Shown: positions 39,401 through 53,800 of the stretch, in pieces
Numbering within the stretch: position 1 is the first letter of the stretch
Layout of the letters: each line of letters starts with the position of its first letter
NCBI RefSeq assembly: GCF_009914755.1
Contig: NC_060931.1
DNA length: 64,000 nt
Source of the DNA: the human T2T-CHM13v2.0 reference genome, Homo sapiens
Direction: 5' to 3' (one strand)
The notes under the pieces: model-generated
What the model saw: only the letters and a program-made list of their open reading frames with translations
What the model was told of the DNA's origin: nothing
Database searches by the model: none
Program-made: the position numbers and the translations under genes

Positions 39401-42400
39401 GGGATTTCTTCATTTCATGCTAGACAGAAGAATTCTCAGTAACTTCTTTGTGCTGTGTGTATTCAACTCACAGAGTGGAACGTCCCTTTGCACAGAGCAG
39501 ATTTGAAACACTCTTTTTGTGGAGTTTGCAAGTGGAGATTTCAAGCGATTTGATGCCAACAGTAGAAAAGGAAATATCTTCAAATAAAAACTAGACAGAA
39601 TCATTCTCAGAAACTACTTTGTGATGTGTGCCTTCAACTCACAGAGTTTAACCTTTCTTTTCTTAGAGCAGTTTAGAAACACTCTGCTTGTTATGTCTGC
39701 AAGTGGATATTTGGACCTCTTTGAGGCCTTCGTTGCAAACGGGGTTTCTTCCTTTCATGCTAGACTAAGAAGAGTTCTCAGTAACTTTTTTGTGTTGTGT
39801 GTATTCAACTCACAGAGTTGAACCTTGCTTTAGAGAGAGCAGATTTGAAACACTCTTGCTGTGGCATTTTCAGGTGGAGATTTCAAGCGATTTGAGGACA
39901 ATTGCAGAAAAGGAAATATCTTCGTATAATAACCAGACAGAATCATTCTCAGAAAGTGCTTTGTGATGTGTGCGTTCAACTCACAGAGTTTAACCTTTCT
40001 TTTCATAGAGGAGTTTGGAAACACACTGTTTGTAAAGTCTGCAAGTGGATATATGGACCTGTTTGAGGCCTTCGTTGGAAACGGGATTTCTTCATTGAAT
40101 GCTAGACGGAAGAATTCTCAGTAAATTCTTTGTGTTGTGTGCATTCAACTCACAGAGTGGAACGTCCCTTTAGACAGAGCAGATTTGAAACACTCTTTTT
40201 GCGGAATTTGCAAGTGGAGATTTCTAGCCATTTGATGCCAACAGTAGAAAGGGAAATATCTTCAAATAAAAACCAGACAGAATCATTCTCAGAAAATTCT
40301 TTGAGATGTGTGCGTTCAACTCACATAGTTTAACCTTTCTTTTCATAGAGCAGTTTGGATACACTCTGTTTGTAAAGTCTGCAAGTGGATATATGGACCG
40401 CATTGAGGCCTTCGTTGGAAACGGGATTTCTTCATTTCATGCTAGACAGAAGAATTCTCAGTAACTTCTTTGTGCTGTGTGTATTCAACTCACAGAGTGG
40501 AACGTCCCTTTGCACAGAGCAGATTTGAAACACTCTTTTTGTGGAGTTTGCAAGTGGAGATTTCAAGCGATTTGATGCCAACAGTAGAAAAGGAAATATC
40601 TTCAAATAAAAACTAGACAGAATCATTCTCAGAAACTACTTTGTGATGTGTGCCTTCAACTCACAGAGTTTAACCTTTCTTTTCTTAGAGCAGTTTAGAA
40701 ACACTCTGCTTGTTATGTCTGCAAGTGGATATTTGGACCTCTTTGAGGCCTTCGTTGCAAACGGGGTTTCTTCCTTTCATGCTAGACTAAGAAGAGTTCT
40801 CAGTAACTTTTTTGTGTTGTGTGTATTCAACTCACAGAGTTGAACCTTGCTTTAGAGAGAGCAGATTTGAAACACTCTTGCTGTGGCATTTTCAGGTGGA
40901 GATTTCAAGCGATTTGAGGACAATTGCAGAAAAGGAAATATCTTCGTATAATAACCAGACAGAATCATTCTCAGAAAGTGCTTTGTGATGTGTGCGTTCA
41001 ACTCACAGAGTTTAACCTTTCTTTTCATAGAGGAGTTTGGAAACACACTGTTTGTAAAGTCTGCAAGTGGATATATGGACCTGTTTGAGGCCTTCGTTGG
41101 AAACGGGATTTCTTCATTGAATGCTAGACGGAAGAATTCTCAGTAAATTCTTTGTGTTGTGTGCATTCAACTCACAGAGTGGAACGTCCCTTTAGACAGA
41201 GCAGATTTGAAACACTCTTTTTGCGGAATTTGCAAGTGGAGATTTCTAGCCATTTGATGCCAACAGTAGAAAGGGAAATATCTTCAAATAAAAACCAGAC
41301 AGAATCATTCTCAGAAAATTCTTTGTGATGTGTGCGTTCAACTCACATAGTTTAACCTTTCTTTTCATAGAGCAGTTTGGAAACACTCTGTTTGTAAAGT
41401 CTGCAAGTGGATATATGGACCGCATTGAGGTCTTCGTTGGAAACGGGATTTCTTCATTTCATGCTAGACAGAAGAATTCTCAGTAACTTCTTTGTGCTGT
41501 GTGTATTCAACTCACAGAGTGGAACGTCCCTTTGCACAGAGCAGATTTGAAACACTCTTTTTGTGGAGTTTGCAAGTGGAGATTTCAAGCGATTTGATGC
41601 CAACAGTAGAAAAGGAAATATCTTCAAATAAAAACTAGACAGAATCATTCTCAGAAACTACTTTGTGATGTGTGCCTTCAACTCACAGAGTTTAACCTTT
41701 CTTTTCTTAGAGCAGTTTAGAAACACTCTGCTTGTTATGTCTGCAAGTGGATATTTGGACCTCTTTGAGGCCTTCGTTGCAAACGGGGTTTCTTCCTTTC
41801 ATGCTAGACTAAGAAGTGTTCTCAGTAACTTTTTTGTGTTGCGTGTATTCAACTCACAGAGTTGAACCTTGCTTTAGAGAGAGCAGATTTGAAACACTCT
41901 TGCTGTGGCATTTTCAGGTGGAGATTTCAAGCGATTTGAGGACAATTGCAGAAAAGGAAATATCTTCGTATAATAACCAGACAGAATCATTCTCAGAAAG
42001 TGCTTTGTGATGTGTGCGTTCAACTCACAGAGTTTAACCTTTCTTTTCATAGAGGAGTTTGGAAACACACTGTTTGTAAAGTCTGCAAGTGGATACATGG
42101 ACCTGTTTGAGGCCTTCGTTGGAAACGGGATTTCTTCATTGAATGCTAGACGGAAGAATTCTCAGTAAATTCTTTGTGTTGTGTGCATTCAACTCACAGA
42201 GTGGAACGTCCCTTTAGACAGAGCAGATTTGAAACACTCTTTTTGCGGAATTTGCAAGTGGAGATTTCTAGCCATTTGATGCCAACAGTAGAAAGGGAAA
42301 TATCTTCAAATAAAAACCAGACAGAATCATTCTCAGAAAATTCTTTGTGATGTGTGCGTTCAACTCACATAGTTTAACCTTTCTTTTCATAGAGCAGTTT

Positions 42401-42667
42401 TGAAACACTCTGTTTGTAAAGTCTGCAAGTGGATATATGGACCGCATTGAGGCCTTCGTTGGAAACGGGATTTCTTCATTTCATGCTAGACAGAAGAATT
42501 CTCAGTAACTTCTTTGTGCTGTGTGTATTCAACTCACAGAGTGGAACGTCCCTTTGCACAGAGCAGATTTGAAACACTCTTTTTGTGGAGTTTGCAAGTG
42601 GAGATTTCAAGCGATTTGATGCCAACAGTAGAAAAGGAAATATCTTCAAATAAAAACTAGACAGAAT
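30404..42667 (+). repeat. 3-HOR super-repeat (3066 bp), about 4 copies, U31-U42
   Basis: GGATACACTC variant at 31162, 34228, 37294 and 40360. AAGTGTT variant at 32619, 35685, 38751 and 41817. Both series are spaced by 3066 bp. Confidence 0.88.
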
Positions 42668-45600
42668 CATTCTCAGAAACTACTTTGTGATGTGTGCCTT
42701 CAACTCACAGAGTTTAACCTTTCTTTTCTTAGAGCAGTTTAGAAACACTCTGCTTGTTATGTCTGCAAGTGGATATTTGGACCTCTTTGAGGCCTTCGTT
42801 GCAAACGGGGTTTCTTCCTTTCATGCTAGACTAAGAAGAGTTCTCAGTAACTTTTTTGTGTTGTGTGTATTCAACTCACAGAGTTGAACCTTGCTTTAGA
42901 GAGAGCAGATTTGAAACACTCTTGCTGTGGCATTTTCAGGTGGAGATTTCAAGCGATTTGAGGACAATTGCAGAAAAGGAAATATCTTCGTATAATAACC
43001 AGACAGAATCATTCTCAGAAAGTGCTTTGTGATGTGTGCGTTCAACTCACAGAGTTTAACCTTTCTTTTCATAGAGGAGTTTGGAAACACACTGTTTGTA
43101 AAGTCTGCAAGTGGATACATGGACCTGTTTGAGGCCTTCGTTGGAAACGGGATTTCTTCATTGAATGCTAGACGGAAGAATTCTCAGTAAATTCTTTGTG
43201 TTGTGTGCATTCAACTCACAGAGTGGAACGTCCCTTTAGACAGAGCAGATTTGAAACACTCTTTTTGCGGAATTTGCAAGTGGAGATTTCTAGCCATTTG
43301 ATGCCAACAGTAGAAAGGGAAATATCTTCAAATAAAAACCAGACAGAATCATTCTCAGAAAATTCTTTGTGATGTGTGCGTTCAACTCACATAGTTTAAC
43401 CTTTCTTTTCATAGAGCAGTTTGGAAACACTCTGTTTGTAAAGTCTGCAAGTGGATATATGGACCGCATTGAGGCCTTCGTTGGAAACGGGATTTCTTCA
43501 TTTCATGCTAGACAGAAGAATTCTCAGTAACTTCTTTGTGCTGTGTGTATTCAACTCACAGAGTGGAACGTCCCTTTGCACAGAGCAGATTTGAAACACT
43601 CTTTTTGTGGAGTTTGCAAGTGGAGATTTCAAGCGATTTGATGCCAACAGTAGAAAAGGAAATATCTTCAAATAAAAACTAGACAGAATCATTCTCAGAA
43701 ACTACTTTGTGATGTGTGCCTTCAACTCACAGAGTTTAACCTTTCTTTTCTTAGAGCAGTTTAGAAACACTCTGCTTGTTATGTCTGCAAGTGGATATTT
43801 GGACCTCTTTGAGGCCTTCGTTGCAAACGGGGTTTCTTCCTTTCATGCTAGACTAAGAAGAGTTCTCAGTAACTTTTTTGTGTTGTGTGTATTCAACTCA
43901 CAGAGTTGAACCTTGCTTTAGAGAGAGCAGATTTGAAACACTCTTGCTGTGGCATTTTCAGGTGGAGATTTCAAGCGATTTGAGGACAATTGCAGAAAAG
44001 GAAATATCTTCGTATAATAACCAGACAGAATCATTCTCAGAAAGTGCTTTGTGATGTGTGCGTTCAACTCACAGAGTTTAACCTTTCTTTTCATAGAGGA
44101 GTTTGGAAACACACTGTTTGTAAAGTCTGCAAGTGGATATATGGACCTGTTTGAGGCCTTCGTTGGAAACGGGATTTCTTCATTGAATGCTAGACGGAAG
44201 AATTCTCAGTAAATTCTTTGTGTTGTGTGCATTCAACTCACAGAGTGGAACGTCCCTTTAGACAGAGCAGATTTGAAACACTCTTTTTGCGGAATTTGCA
44301 AGTGGAGATTTCTAGCCATTTGATGCCAACAGTAGAAAGGGAAATATCTTCAAATAAAAACCAGACAGAATCATTCTCAGAAAATTCTTTGAGATGTGTG
44401 CGTTCAACTCACATAGTTTAACCTTTCTTTTCATAGAGCAGTTTGGATACACTCTGTTTGTAAAGTCTGCAAGTGGATATATGGACCGCATTGAGGCCTT
44501 CGTTGGAAACGGGATTTCTTCATTTCATGCTAGACAGAAGAATTCTCAGTAACTTCTTTGTGCTGTGTGTATTCAACTCACAGAGTGGAACGTCCCTTTG
44601 CACAGAGCAGATTTGAAACACTCTTTTTGTGGAGTTTGCAAGTGGAGATTTCAAGCGATTTGATGCCAACAGTAGAAAAGGAAATATCTTCAAATAAAAA
44701 CTAGACAGAATCATTCTCAGAAACTACTTTGTGATGTGTGCCTTCAACTCACAGAGTTTAACCTTTCTTTTCTTAGAGCAGTTTAGAAACACTCTGCTTG
44801 TTATGTCTGCAAGTGGATATTTGGACCTCTTTGAGGCCTTCGTTGCAAACGGGGTTTCTTCCTTTCATGCTAGACTAAGAAGAGTTCTCAGTAACTTTTT
44901 TGTGTTGTGTGTATTCAACTCACAGAGTTGAACCTTGCTTTAGAGAGAGCAGATTTGAAACACTCTTGCTGTGGCATTTTCAGGTGGAGATTTCAAGCGA
45001 TTTGAGGACAATTGCAGAAAAGGAAATATCTTCGTATAATAACCAGACAGAATCATTCTCAGAAAGTGCTTTGTGATGTGTGCGTTCAACTCACAGAGTT
45101 TAACCTTTCTTTTCATAGAGGAGTTTGGAAACACACTGTTTGTAAAGTCTGCAAGTGGATATATGGACCTGTTTGAGGCCTTCGTTGGAAACGGGATTTC
45201 TTCATTGAATGCTAGACGGAAGAATTCTCAGTAAATTCTTTGTGTTGTGTGCATTCAACTCACAGAGTGGAACGTCCCTTTAGACAGAGCAGATTTGAAA
45301 CACTCTTTTTGCGGAATTTGCAAGTGGAGATTTCTAGCCATTTGATGCCAACAGTAGAAAGGGAAATATCTTCAAATAAAAACCAGACAGAATCATTCTC
45401 AGAAAATTCTTTGTGATGTGTGCGTTCAACTCACATAGTTTAACCTTTCTTTTCATAGAGCAGTTTGGAAACACTCTGTTTGTAAAGTCTGCAAGTGGAT
45501 ATATGGACCGCATTGAGGTCTTCGTTGGAAACGGGATTTCTTCATTTCATGCTAGACAGAAGAATTCTCAGTAACTTCTTTGTGCTGTGTGTATTCAACT

Positions 45601-48600
45601 CACAGAGTGGAACGTCCCTTTGCACAGAGCAGATTTGAAACACTCTTTTTGTGGAGTTTGCAAGTGGAGATTTCAAGCGATTTGATGCCAACAGTAGAAA
45701 AGGAAATATCTTCAAATAAAAACTAGACAGAATCATTCTCAGAAACTACTTTGTGATGTGTGCCTTCAACTCACAGAGTTTAACCTTTCTTTTCTTAGAG
45801 CAGTTTAGAAACACTCTGCTTGTTATGTCTGCAAGTGGATATTTGGACCTCTTTGAGGCCTTCGTTGCAAACGGGGTTTCTTCCTTTCATGCTAGACTAA
45901 GAAGTGTTCTCAGTAACTTTTTTGTGTTGCGTGTATTCAACTCACAGAGTTGAACCTTGCTTTAGAGAGAGCAGATTTGAAACACTCTTGCTGTGGCATT
46001 TTCAGGTGGAGATTTCAAGCGATTTGAGGACAATTGCAGAAAAGGAAATATCTTCGTATAATAACCAGACAGAATCATTCTCAGAAAGTGCTTTGTGATG
46101 TGTGCGTTCAACTCACAGAGTTTAACCTTTCTTTTCATAGAGGAGTTTGGAAACACACTGTTTGTAAAGTCTGCAAGTGGATACATGGACCTGTTTGAGG
46201 CCTTCGTTGGAAACGGGATTTCTTCATTGAATGCTAGACGGAAGAATTCTCAGTAAATTCTTTGTGTTGTGTGCATTCAACTCACAGAGTGGAACGTCCC
46301 TTTAGACAGAGCAGATTTGAAACACTCTTTTTGCGGAATTTGCAAGTGGAGATTTCTAGCCATTTGATGCCAACAGTAGAAAGGGAAATATCTTCAAATA
46401 AAAACCAGACAGAATCATTCTCAGAAAATTCTTTGTGATGTGTGCGTTCAACTCACATAGTTTAACCTTTCTTTTCATAGAGCAGTTTTGAAACACTCTG
46501 TTTGTAAAGTCTGCAAGTGGATATATGGACCGCATTGAGGCCTTCGTTGGAAACGGGATTTCTTCATTTCATGCTAGACAGAAGAATTCTCAGTAACTTC
46601 TTTGTGCTGTGTGTATTCAACTCACAGAGTGGAACGTCCCTTTGCACAGAGCAGATTTGAAACACTCTTTTTGTGGAGTTTGCAAGTGGAGATTTCAAGC
46701 GATTTGATGCCAACAGTAGAAAAGGAAATATCTTCAAATAAAAACTAGACAGAATCATTCTCAGAAACTACTTTGTGATGTGTGCCTTCAACTCACAGAG
46801 TTTAACCTTTCTTTTCTTAGAGCAGTTTAGAAACACTCTGCTTGTTATGTCTGCAAGTGGATATTTGGACCTCTTTGAGGCCTTCGTTGCAAACGGGGTT
46901 TCTTCCTTTCATGCTAGACTAAGAAGAGTTCTCAGTAACTTTTTTGTGTTGTGTGTATTCAACTCACAGAGTTGAACCTTGCTTTAGAGAGAGCAGATTT
47001 GAAACACTCTTGCTGTGGCATTTTCAGGTGGAGATTTCAAGCGATTTGAGGACAATTGCAGAAAAGGAAATATCTTCGTATAATAACCAGACAGAATCAT
47101 TCTCAGAAAGTGCTTTGTGATGTGTGCGTTCAACTCACAGAGTTTAACCTTTCTTTTCATAGAGGAGTTTGGAAACACACTGTTTGTAAAGTCTGCAAGT
47201 GGATACATGGACCTGTTTGAGGCCTTCGTTGGAAACGGGATTTCTTCATTGAATGCTAGACGGAAGAATTCTCAGTAAATTCTTTGTGTTGTGTGCATTC
47301 AACTCACAGAGTGGAACGTCCCTTTAGACAGAGCAGATTTGAAACACTCTTTTTGCGGAATTTGCAAGTGGAGATTTCTAGCCATTTGATGCCAACAGTA
47401 GAAAGGGAAATATCTTCAAATAAAAACCAGACAGAATCATTCTCAGAAAATTCTTTGTGATGTGTGCGTTCAACTCACATAGTTTAACCTTTCTTTTCAT
47501 AGAGCAGTTTGGAAACACTCTGTTTGTAAAGTCTGCAAGTGGATATATGGACCGCATTGAGGCCTTCGTTGGAAACGGGATTTCTTCATTTCATGCTAGA
47601 CAGAAGAATTCTCAGTAACTTCTTTGTGCTGTGTGTATTCAACTCACAGAGTGGAACGTCCCTTTGCACAGAGCAGATTTGAAACACTCTTTTTGTGGAG
47701 TTTGCAAGTGGAGATTTCAAGCGATTTGATGCCAACAGTAGAAAAGGAAATATCTTCAAATAAAAACTAGACAGAATCATTCTCAGAAACTACTTTGTGA
47801 TGTGTGCCTTCAACTCACAGAGTTTAACCTTTCTTTTCTTAGAGCAGTTTAGAAACACTCTGCTTGTTATGTCTGCAAGTGGATATTTGGACCTCTTTGA
47901 GGCCTTCGTTGCAAACGGGGTTTCTTCCTTTCATGCTAGACTAAGAAGAGTTCTCAGTAACTTTTTTGTGTTGTGTGTATTCAACTCACAGAGTTGAACC
48001 TTGCTTTAGAGAGAGCAGATTTGAAACACTCTTGCTGTGGCATTTTCAGGTGGAGATTTCAAGCGATTTGAGGACAATTGCAGAAAAGGAAATATCTTCG
48101 TATAATAACCAGACAGAATCATTCTCAGAAAGTGCTTTGTGATGTGTGCGTTCAACTCACAGAGTTTAACCTTTCTTTTCATAGAGGAGTTTGGAAACAC
48201 ACTGTTTGTAAAGTCTGCAAGTGGATATATGGACCTGTTTGAGGCCTTCGTTGGAAACGGGATTTCTTCATTGAATGCTAGACGGAAGAATTCTCAGTAA
48301 ATTCTTTGTGTTGTGTGCATTCAACTCACAGAGTGGAACGTCCCTTTAGACAGAGCAGATTTGAAACACTCTTTTTGCGGAATTTGCAAGTGGAGATTTC
48401 TAGCCATTTGATGCCAACAGTAGAAAGGGAAATATCTTCAAATAAAAACCAGACAGAATCATTCTCAGAAAATTCTTTGAGATGTGTGCGTTCAACTCAC
48501 ATAGTTTAACCTTTCTTTTCATAGAGCAGTTTGGATACACTCTGTTTGTAAAGTCTGCAAGTGGATATATGGACCGCATTGAGGCCTTCGTTGGAAACGG

Positions 48601-50843
48601 GATTTCTTCATTTCATGCTAGACAGAAGAATTCTCAGTAACTTCTTTGTGCTGTGTGTATTCAACTCACAGAGTGGAACGTCCCTTTGCACAGAGCAGAT
48701 TTGAAACACTCTTTTTGTGGAGTTTGCAAGTGGAGATTTCAAGCGATTTGATGCCAACAGTAGAAAAGGAAATATCTTCAAATAAAAACTAGACAGAATC
48801 ATTCTCAGAAACTACTTTGTGATGTGTGCCTTCAACTCACAGAGTTTAACCTTTCTTTTCTTAGAGCAGTTTAGAAACACTCTGCTTGTTATGTCTGCAA
48901 GTGGATATTTGGACCTCTTTGAGGCCTTCGTTGCAAACGGGGTTTCTTCCTTTCATGCTAGACTAAGAAGAGTTCTCAGTAACTTTTTTGTGTTGTGTGT
49001 ATTCAACTCACAGAGTTGAACCTTGCTTTAGAGAGAGCAGATTTGAAACACTCTTGCTGTGGCATTTTCAGGTGGAGATTTCAAGCGATTTGAGGACAAT
49101 TGCAGAAAAGGAAATATCTTCGTATAATAACCAGACAGAATCATTCTCAGAAAGTGCTTTGTGATGTGTGCGTTCAACTCACAGAGTTTAACCTTTCTTT
49201 TCATAGAGGAGTTTGGAAACACACTGTTTGTAAAGTCTGCAAGTGGATATATGGACCTGTTTGAGGCCTTCGTTGGAAACGGGATTTCTTCATTGAATGC
49301 TAGACGGAAGAATTCTCAGTAAATTCTTTGTGTTGTGTGCATTCAACTCACAGAGTGGAACGTCCCTTTAGACAGAGCAGATTTGAAACACTCTTTTTGC
49401 GGAATTTGCAAGTGGAGATTTCTAGCCATTTGATGCCAACAGTAGAAAGGGAAATATCTTCAAATAAAAACCAGACAGAATCATTCTCAGAAAATTCTTT
49501 GTGATGTGTGCGTTCAACTCACATAGTTTAACCTTTCTTTTCATAGAGCAGTTTGGAAACACTCTGTTTGTAAAGTCTGCAAGTGGATATATGGACCGCA
49601 TTGAGGTCTTCGTTGGAAACGGGATTTCTTCATTTCATGCTAGACAGAAGAATTCTCAGTAACTTCTTTGTGCTGTGTGTATTCAACTCACAGAGTGGAA
49701 CGTCCCTTTGCACAGAGCAGATTTGAAACACTCTTTTTGTGGAGTTTGCAAGTGGAGATTTCAAGCGATTTGATGCCAACAGTAGAAAAGGAAATATCTT
49801 CAAATAAAAACTAGACAGAATCATTCTCAGAAACTACTTTGTGATGTGTGCCTTCAACTCACAGAGTTTAACCTTTCTTTTCTTAGAGCAGTTTAGAAAC
49901 ACTCTGCTTGTTATGTCTGCAAGTGGATATTTGGACCTCTTTGAGGCCTTCGTTGCAAACGGGGTTTCTTCCTTTCATGCTAGACTAAGAAGTGTTCTCA
50001 GTAACTTTTTTGTGTTGCGTGTATTCAACTCACAGAGTTGAACCTTGCTTTAGAGAGAGCAGATTTGAAACACTCTTGCTGTGGCATTTTCAGGTGGAGA
50101 TTTCAAGCGATTTGAGGACAATTGCAGAAAAGGAAATATCTTCGTATAATAACCAGACAGAATCATTCTCAGAAAGTGCTTTGTGATGTGTGCGTTCAAC
50201 TCACAGAGTTTAACCTTTCTTTTCATAGAGGAGTTTGGAAACACACTGTTTGTAAAGTCTGCAAGTGGATACATGGACCTGTTTGAGGCCTTCGTTGGAA
50301 ACGGGATTTCTTCATTGAATGCTAGACGGAAGAATTCTCAGTAAATTCTTTGTGTTGTGTGCATTCAACTCACAGAGTGGAACGTCCCTTTAGACAGAGC
50401 AGATTTGAAACACTCTTTTTGCGGAATTTGCAAGTGGAGATTTCTAGCCATTTGATGCCAACAGTAGAAAGGGAAATATCTTCAAATAAAAACCAGACAG
50501 AATCATTCTCAGAAAATTCTTTGTGATGTGTGCGTTCAACTCACATAGTTTAACCTTTCTTTTCATAGAGCAGTTTTGAAACACTCTGTTTGTAAAGTCT
50601 GCAAGTGGATATATGGACCGCATTGAGGCCTTCGTTGGAAACGGGATTTCTTCATTTCATGCTAGACAGAAGAATTCTCAGTAACTTCTTTGTGCTGTGT
50701 GTATTCAACTCACAGAGTGGAACGTCCCTTTGCACAGAGCAGATTTGAAACACTCTTTTTGTGGAGTTTGCAAGTGGAGATTTCAAGCGATTTGATGCCA
50801 ACAGTAGAAAAGGAAATATCTTCAAATAAAAACTAGACAGAAT
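39602..50843 (+). repeat. 4-HOR super-repeat (24 monomers, 4088 bp), about 2.75 copies, U40-U50
   Basis: Five independent SNVs recur every 4088 bp: 40304/44392/48480, 40360/44448/48536, 41431/45519/49607, 41842/45930/50018 and 42401/46489/50577. Confidence 0.93.
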
Positions 50844-53800
50844 CATTCTCAGAAACTACTTTGTGATGTGTGCCTTCAACTCACAGAGTTTAACCTTTCT
50901 TTTCTTAGAGCAGTTTAGAAACACTCTGCTTGTTATGTCTGCAAGTGGATATTTGGACCTCTTTGAGGCCTTCGTTGCAAACGGGGTTTCTTCCTTTCAT
51001 GCTAGACTAAGAAGAGTTCTCAGTAACTTTTTTGTGTTGTGTGTATTCAACTCACAGAGTTGAACCTTGCTTTAGAGAGAGCAGATTTGAAACACTCTTG
51101 CTGTGGCATTTTCAGGTGGAGATTTCAAGCGATTTGAGGACAATTGCAGAAAAGGAAATATCTTCGTATAATAACCAGACAGAATCATTCTCAGAAAGTG
51201 CTTTGTGATGTGTGCGTTCAACTCACAGAGTTTAACCTTTCTTTTCATAGAGGAGTTTGGAAACACACTGTTTGTAAAGTCTGCAAGTGGATATATGGAC
51301 CTGTTTGAGGCCTTCGTTGGAAACGGGATTTCTTCATTGAATGCTAGACGGAAGAATTCTCAGTAAATTCTTTGTGTTGTGTGCATTCAACTCACAGAGT
51401 GGAACGTCCCTTTAGACAGAGCAGATTTGAAACACTCTTTTTGCGGAATTTGCAAGTGGAGATTTCTAGCCATTTGATGCCAACAGTAGAAAGGGAAATA
51501 TCTTCAAATAAAAACCAGACAGAATCATTCTCAGAAAATTCTTTGTGATGTGTGCGTTCAACTCACATAGTTTAACCTTTCTTTTCATAGAGCAGTTTGG
51601 AAACACTCTGTTTGTAAAGTCTGCAAGTGGATATATGGACCGCATTGAGGCCTTCGTTGGAAACGGGATTTCTTCATTTCATGCTAGACAGAAGAATTCT
51701 CAGTAACTTCTTTGTGCTGTGTGTATTCAACTCACAGAGTGGAACGTCCCTTTGCACAGAGCAGATTTGAAACACTCTTTTTGTGGAGTTTGCAAGTGGA
51801 GATTTCAAGCGATTTGATGCCAACAGTAGAAAAGGAAATATCTTCAAATAAAAACTAGACAGAATCATTCTCAGAAACTACTTTGTGATGTGTGCCTTCA
51901 ACTCACAGAGTTTAACCTTTCTTTTCTTAGAGCAGTTTAGAAACACTCTGCTTGTTATGTCTGCAAGTGGATATTTGGACCTCTTTGAGGCCTTCGTTGC
52001 AAACGGGGTTTCTTCCTTTCATGCTAGACTAAGAAGTGTTCTCAGTAACTTTTTTGTGTTGCGTGTATTCAACTCACAGAGTTGAACCTTGCTTTAGAGA
52101 GAGCAGATTTGAAACACTCTTGCTGTGGCATTTTCAGGTGGAGATTTCAAGCGATTTGAGGACAATTGCAGAAAAGGAAATATCTTCGTATAATAACCAG
52201 ACAGAATCATTCTCAGAAAGTGCTTTGTGATGTGTGCGTTCAACTCACAGAGTTTAACCTTTCTTTTCATAGAGGAGTTTGGAAACACACTGTTTGTAAA
52301 GTCTGCAAGTGGATACATGGACCTGTTTGAGGCCTTCGTTGGAAACGGGATTTCTTCATTGAATGCTAGACGGAAGAATTCTCAGTAAATTCTTTGTGTT
52401 GTGTGCATTCAACTCACAGAGTGGAACGTCCCTTTAGACAGAGCAGATTTGAAACACTCTTTTTGCGGAATTTGCAAGTGGAGATTTCTAGCCATTTGAT
52501 GCCAACAGTAGAAAGGGAAATATCTTCAAATAAAAACCAGACAGAATCATTCTCAGAAAATTCTTTGTGATGTGTGCGTTCAACTCACATAGTTTAACCT
52601 TTCTTTTCATAGAGCAGTTTTGAAACACTCTGTTTGTAAAGTCTGCAAGTGGATATATGGACCGCATTGAGGCCTTCGTTGGAAACGGGATTTCTTCATT
52701 TCATGCTAGACAGAAGAATTCTCAGTAACTTCTTTGTGCTGTGTGTATTCAACTCACAGAGTGGAACGTCCCTTTGCACAGAGCAGATTTGAAACACTCT
52801 TTTTGTGGAGTTTGCAAGTGGAGATTTCAAGCGATTTGATGCCAACAGTAGAAAAGGAAATATCTTCAAATAAAAACTAGACAGAATCATTCTCAGAAAC
52901 TACTTTGTGATGTGTGCCTTCAACTCACAGAGTTTAACCTTTCTTTTCTTAGAGCAGTTTAGAAACACTCTGCTTGTTATGTCTGCAAGTGGATATTTGG
53001 ACCTCTTTGAGGCCTTCGTTGCAAACGGGGTTTCTTCCTTTCATGCTAGACTAAGAAGAGTTCTCAGTAACTTTTTTGTGTTGTGTGTATTCAACTCACA
53101 GAGTTGAACCTTGCTTTAGAGAGAGCAGATTTGAAACACTCTTGCTGTGGCATTTTCAGGTGGAGATTTCAAGCGATTTGAGGACAATTGCAGAAAAGGA
53201 AATATCTTCGTATAATAACCAGACAGAATCATTCTCAGAAAGTGCTTTGTGATGTGTGCGTTCAACTCACAGAGTTTAACCTTTCTTTTCATAGAGGAGT
53301 TTGGAAACACACTGTTTGTAAAGTCTGCAAGTGGATATATGGACCTGTTTGAGGCCTTCGTTGGAAACGGGATTTCTTCATTGAATGCTAGACGGAAGAA
53401 TTCTCAGTAAATTCTTTGTGTTGTGTGCATTCAACTCACAGAGTGGAACGTCCCTTTAGACAGAGCAGATTTGAAACACTCTTTTTGCGGAATTTGCAAG
53501 TGGAGATTTCTAGCCATTTGATGCCAACAGTAGAAAGGGAAATATCTTCAAATAAAAACCAGACAGAATCATTCTCAGAAAATTCTTTGTGATGTGTGCG
53601 TTCAACTCACATAGTTTAACCTTTCTTTTCATAGAGCAGTTTGGAAACACTCTGTTTGTAAAGTCTGCAAGTGGATATATGGACCGCATTGAGGCCTTCG
53701 TTGGAAACGGGATTTCTTCATTTCATGCTAGACAGAAGAATTCTCAGTAACTTCTTTGTGCTGTGTGTATTCAACTCACAGAGTGGAACGTCCCTTTGCA

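Noticed and set aside
41431-49607. GAGGTCTTCG variant next to the CENP-B box at 41431, 45519 and 49607
   Set aside because: It lies one base outside the 17-bp box. It removes a StuI/HaeIII site only and was kept solely as a marker of the 4088-bp period.
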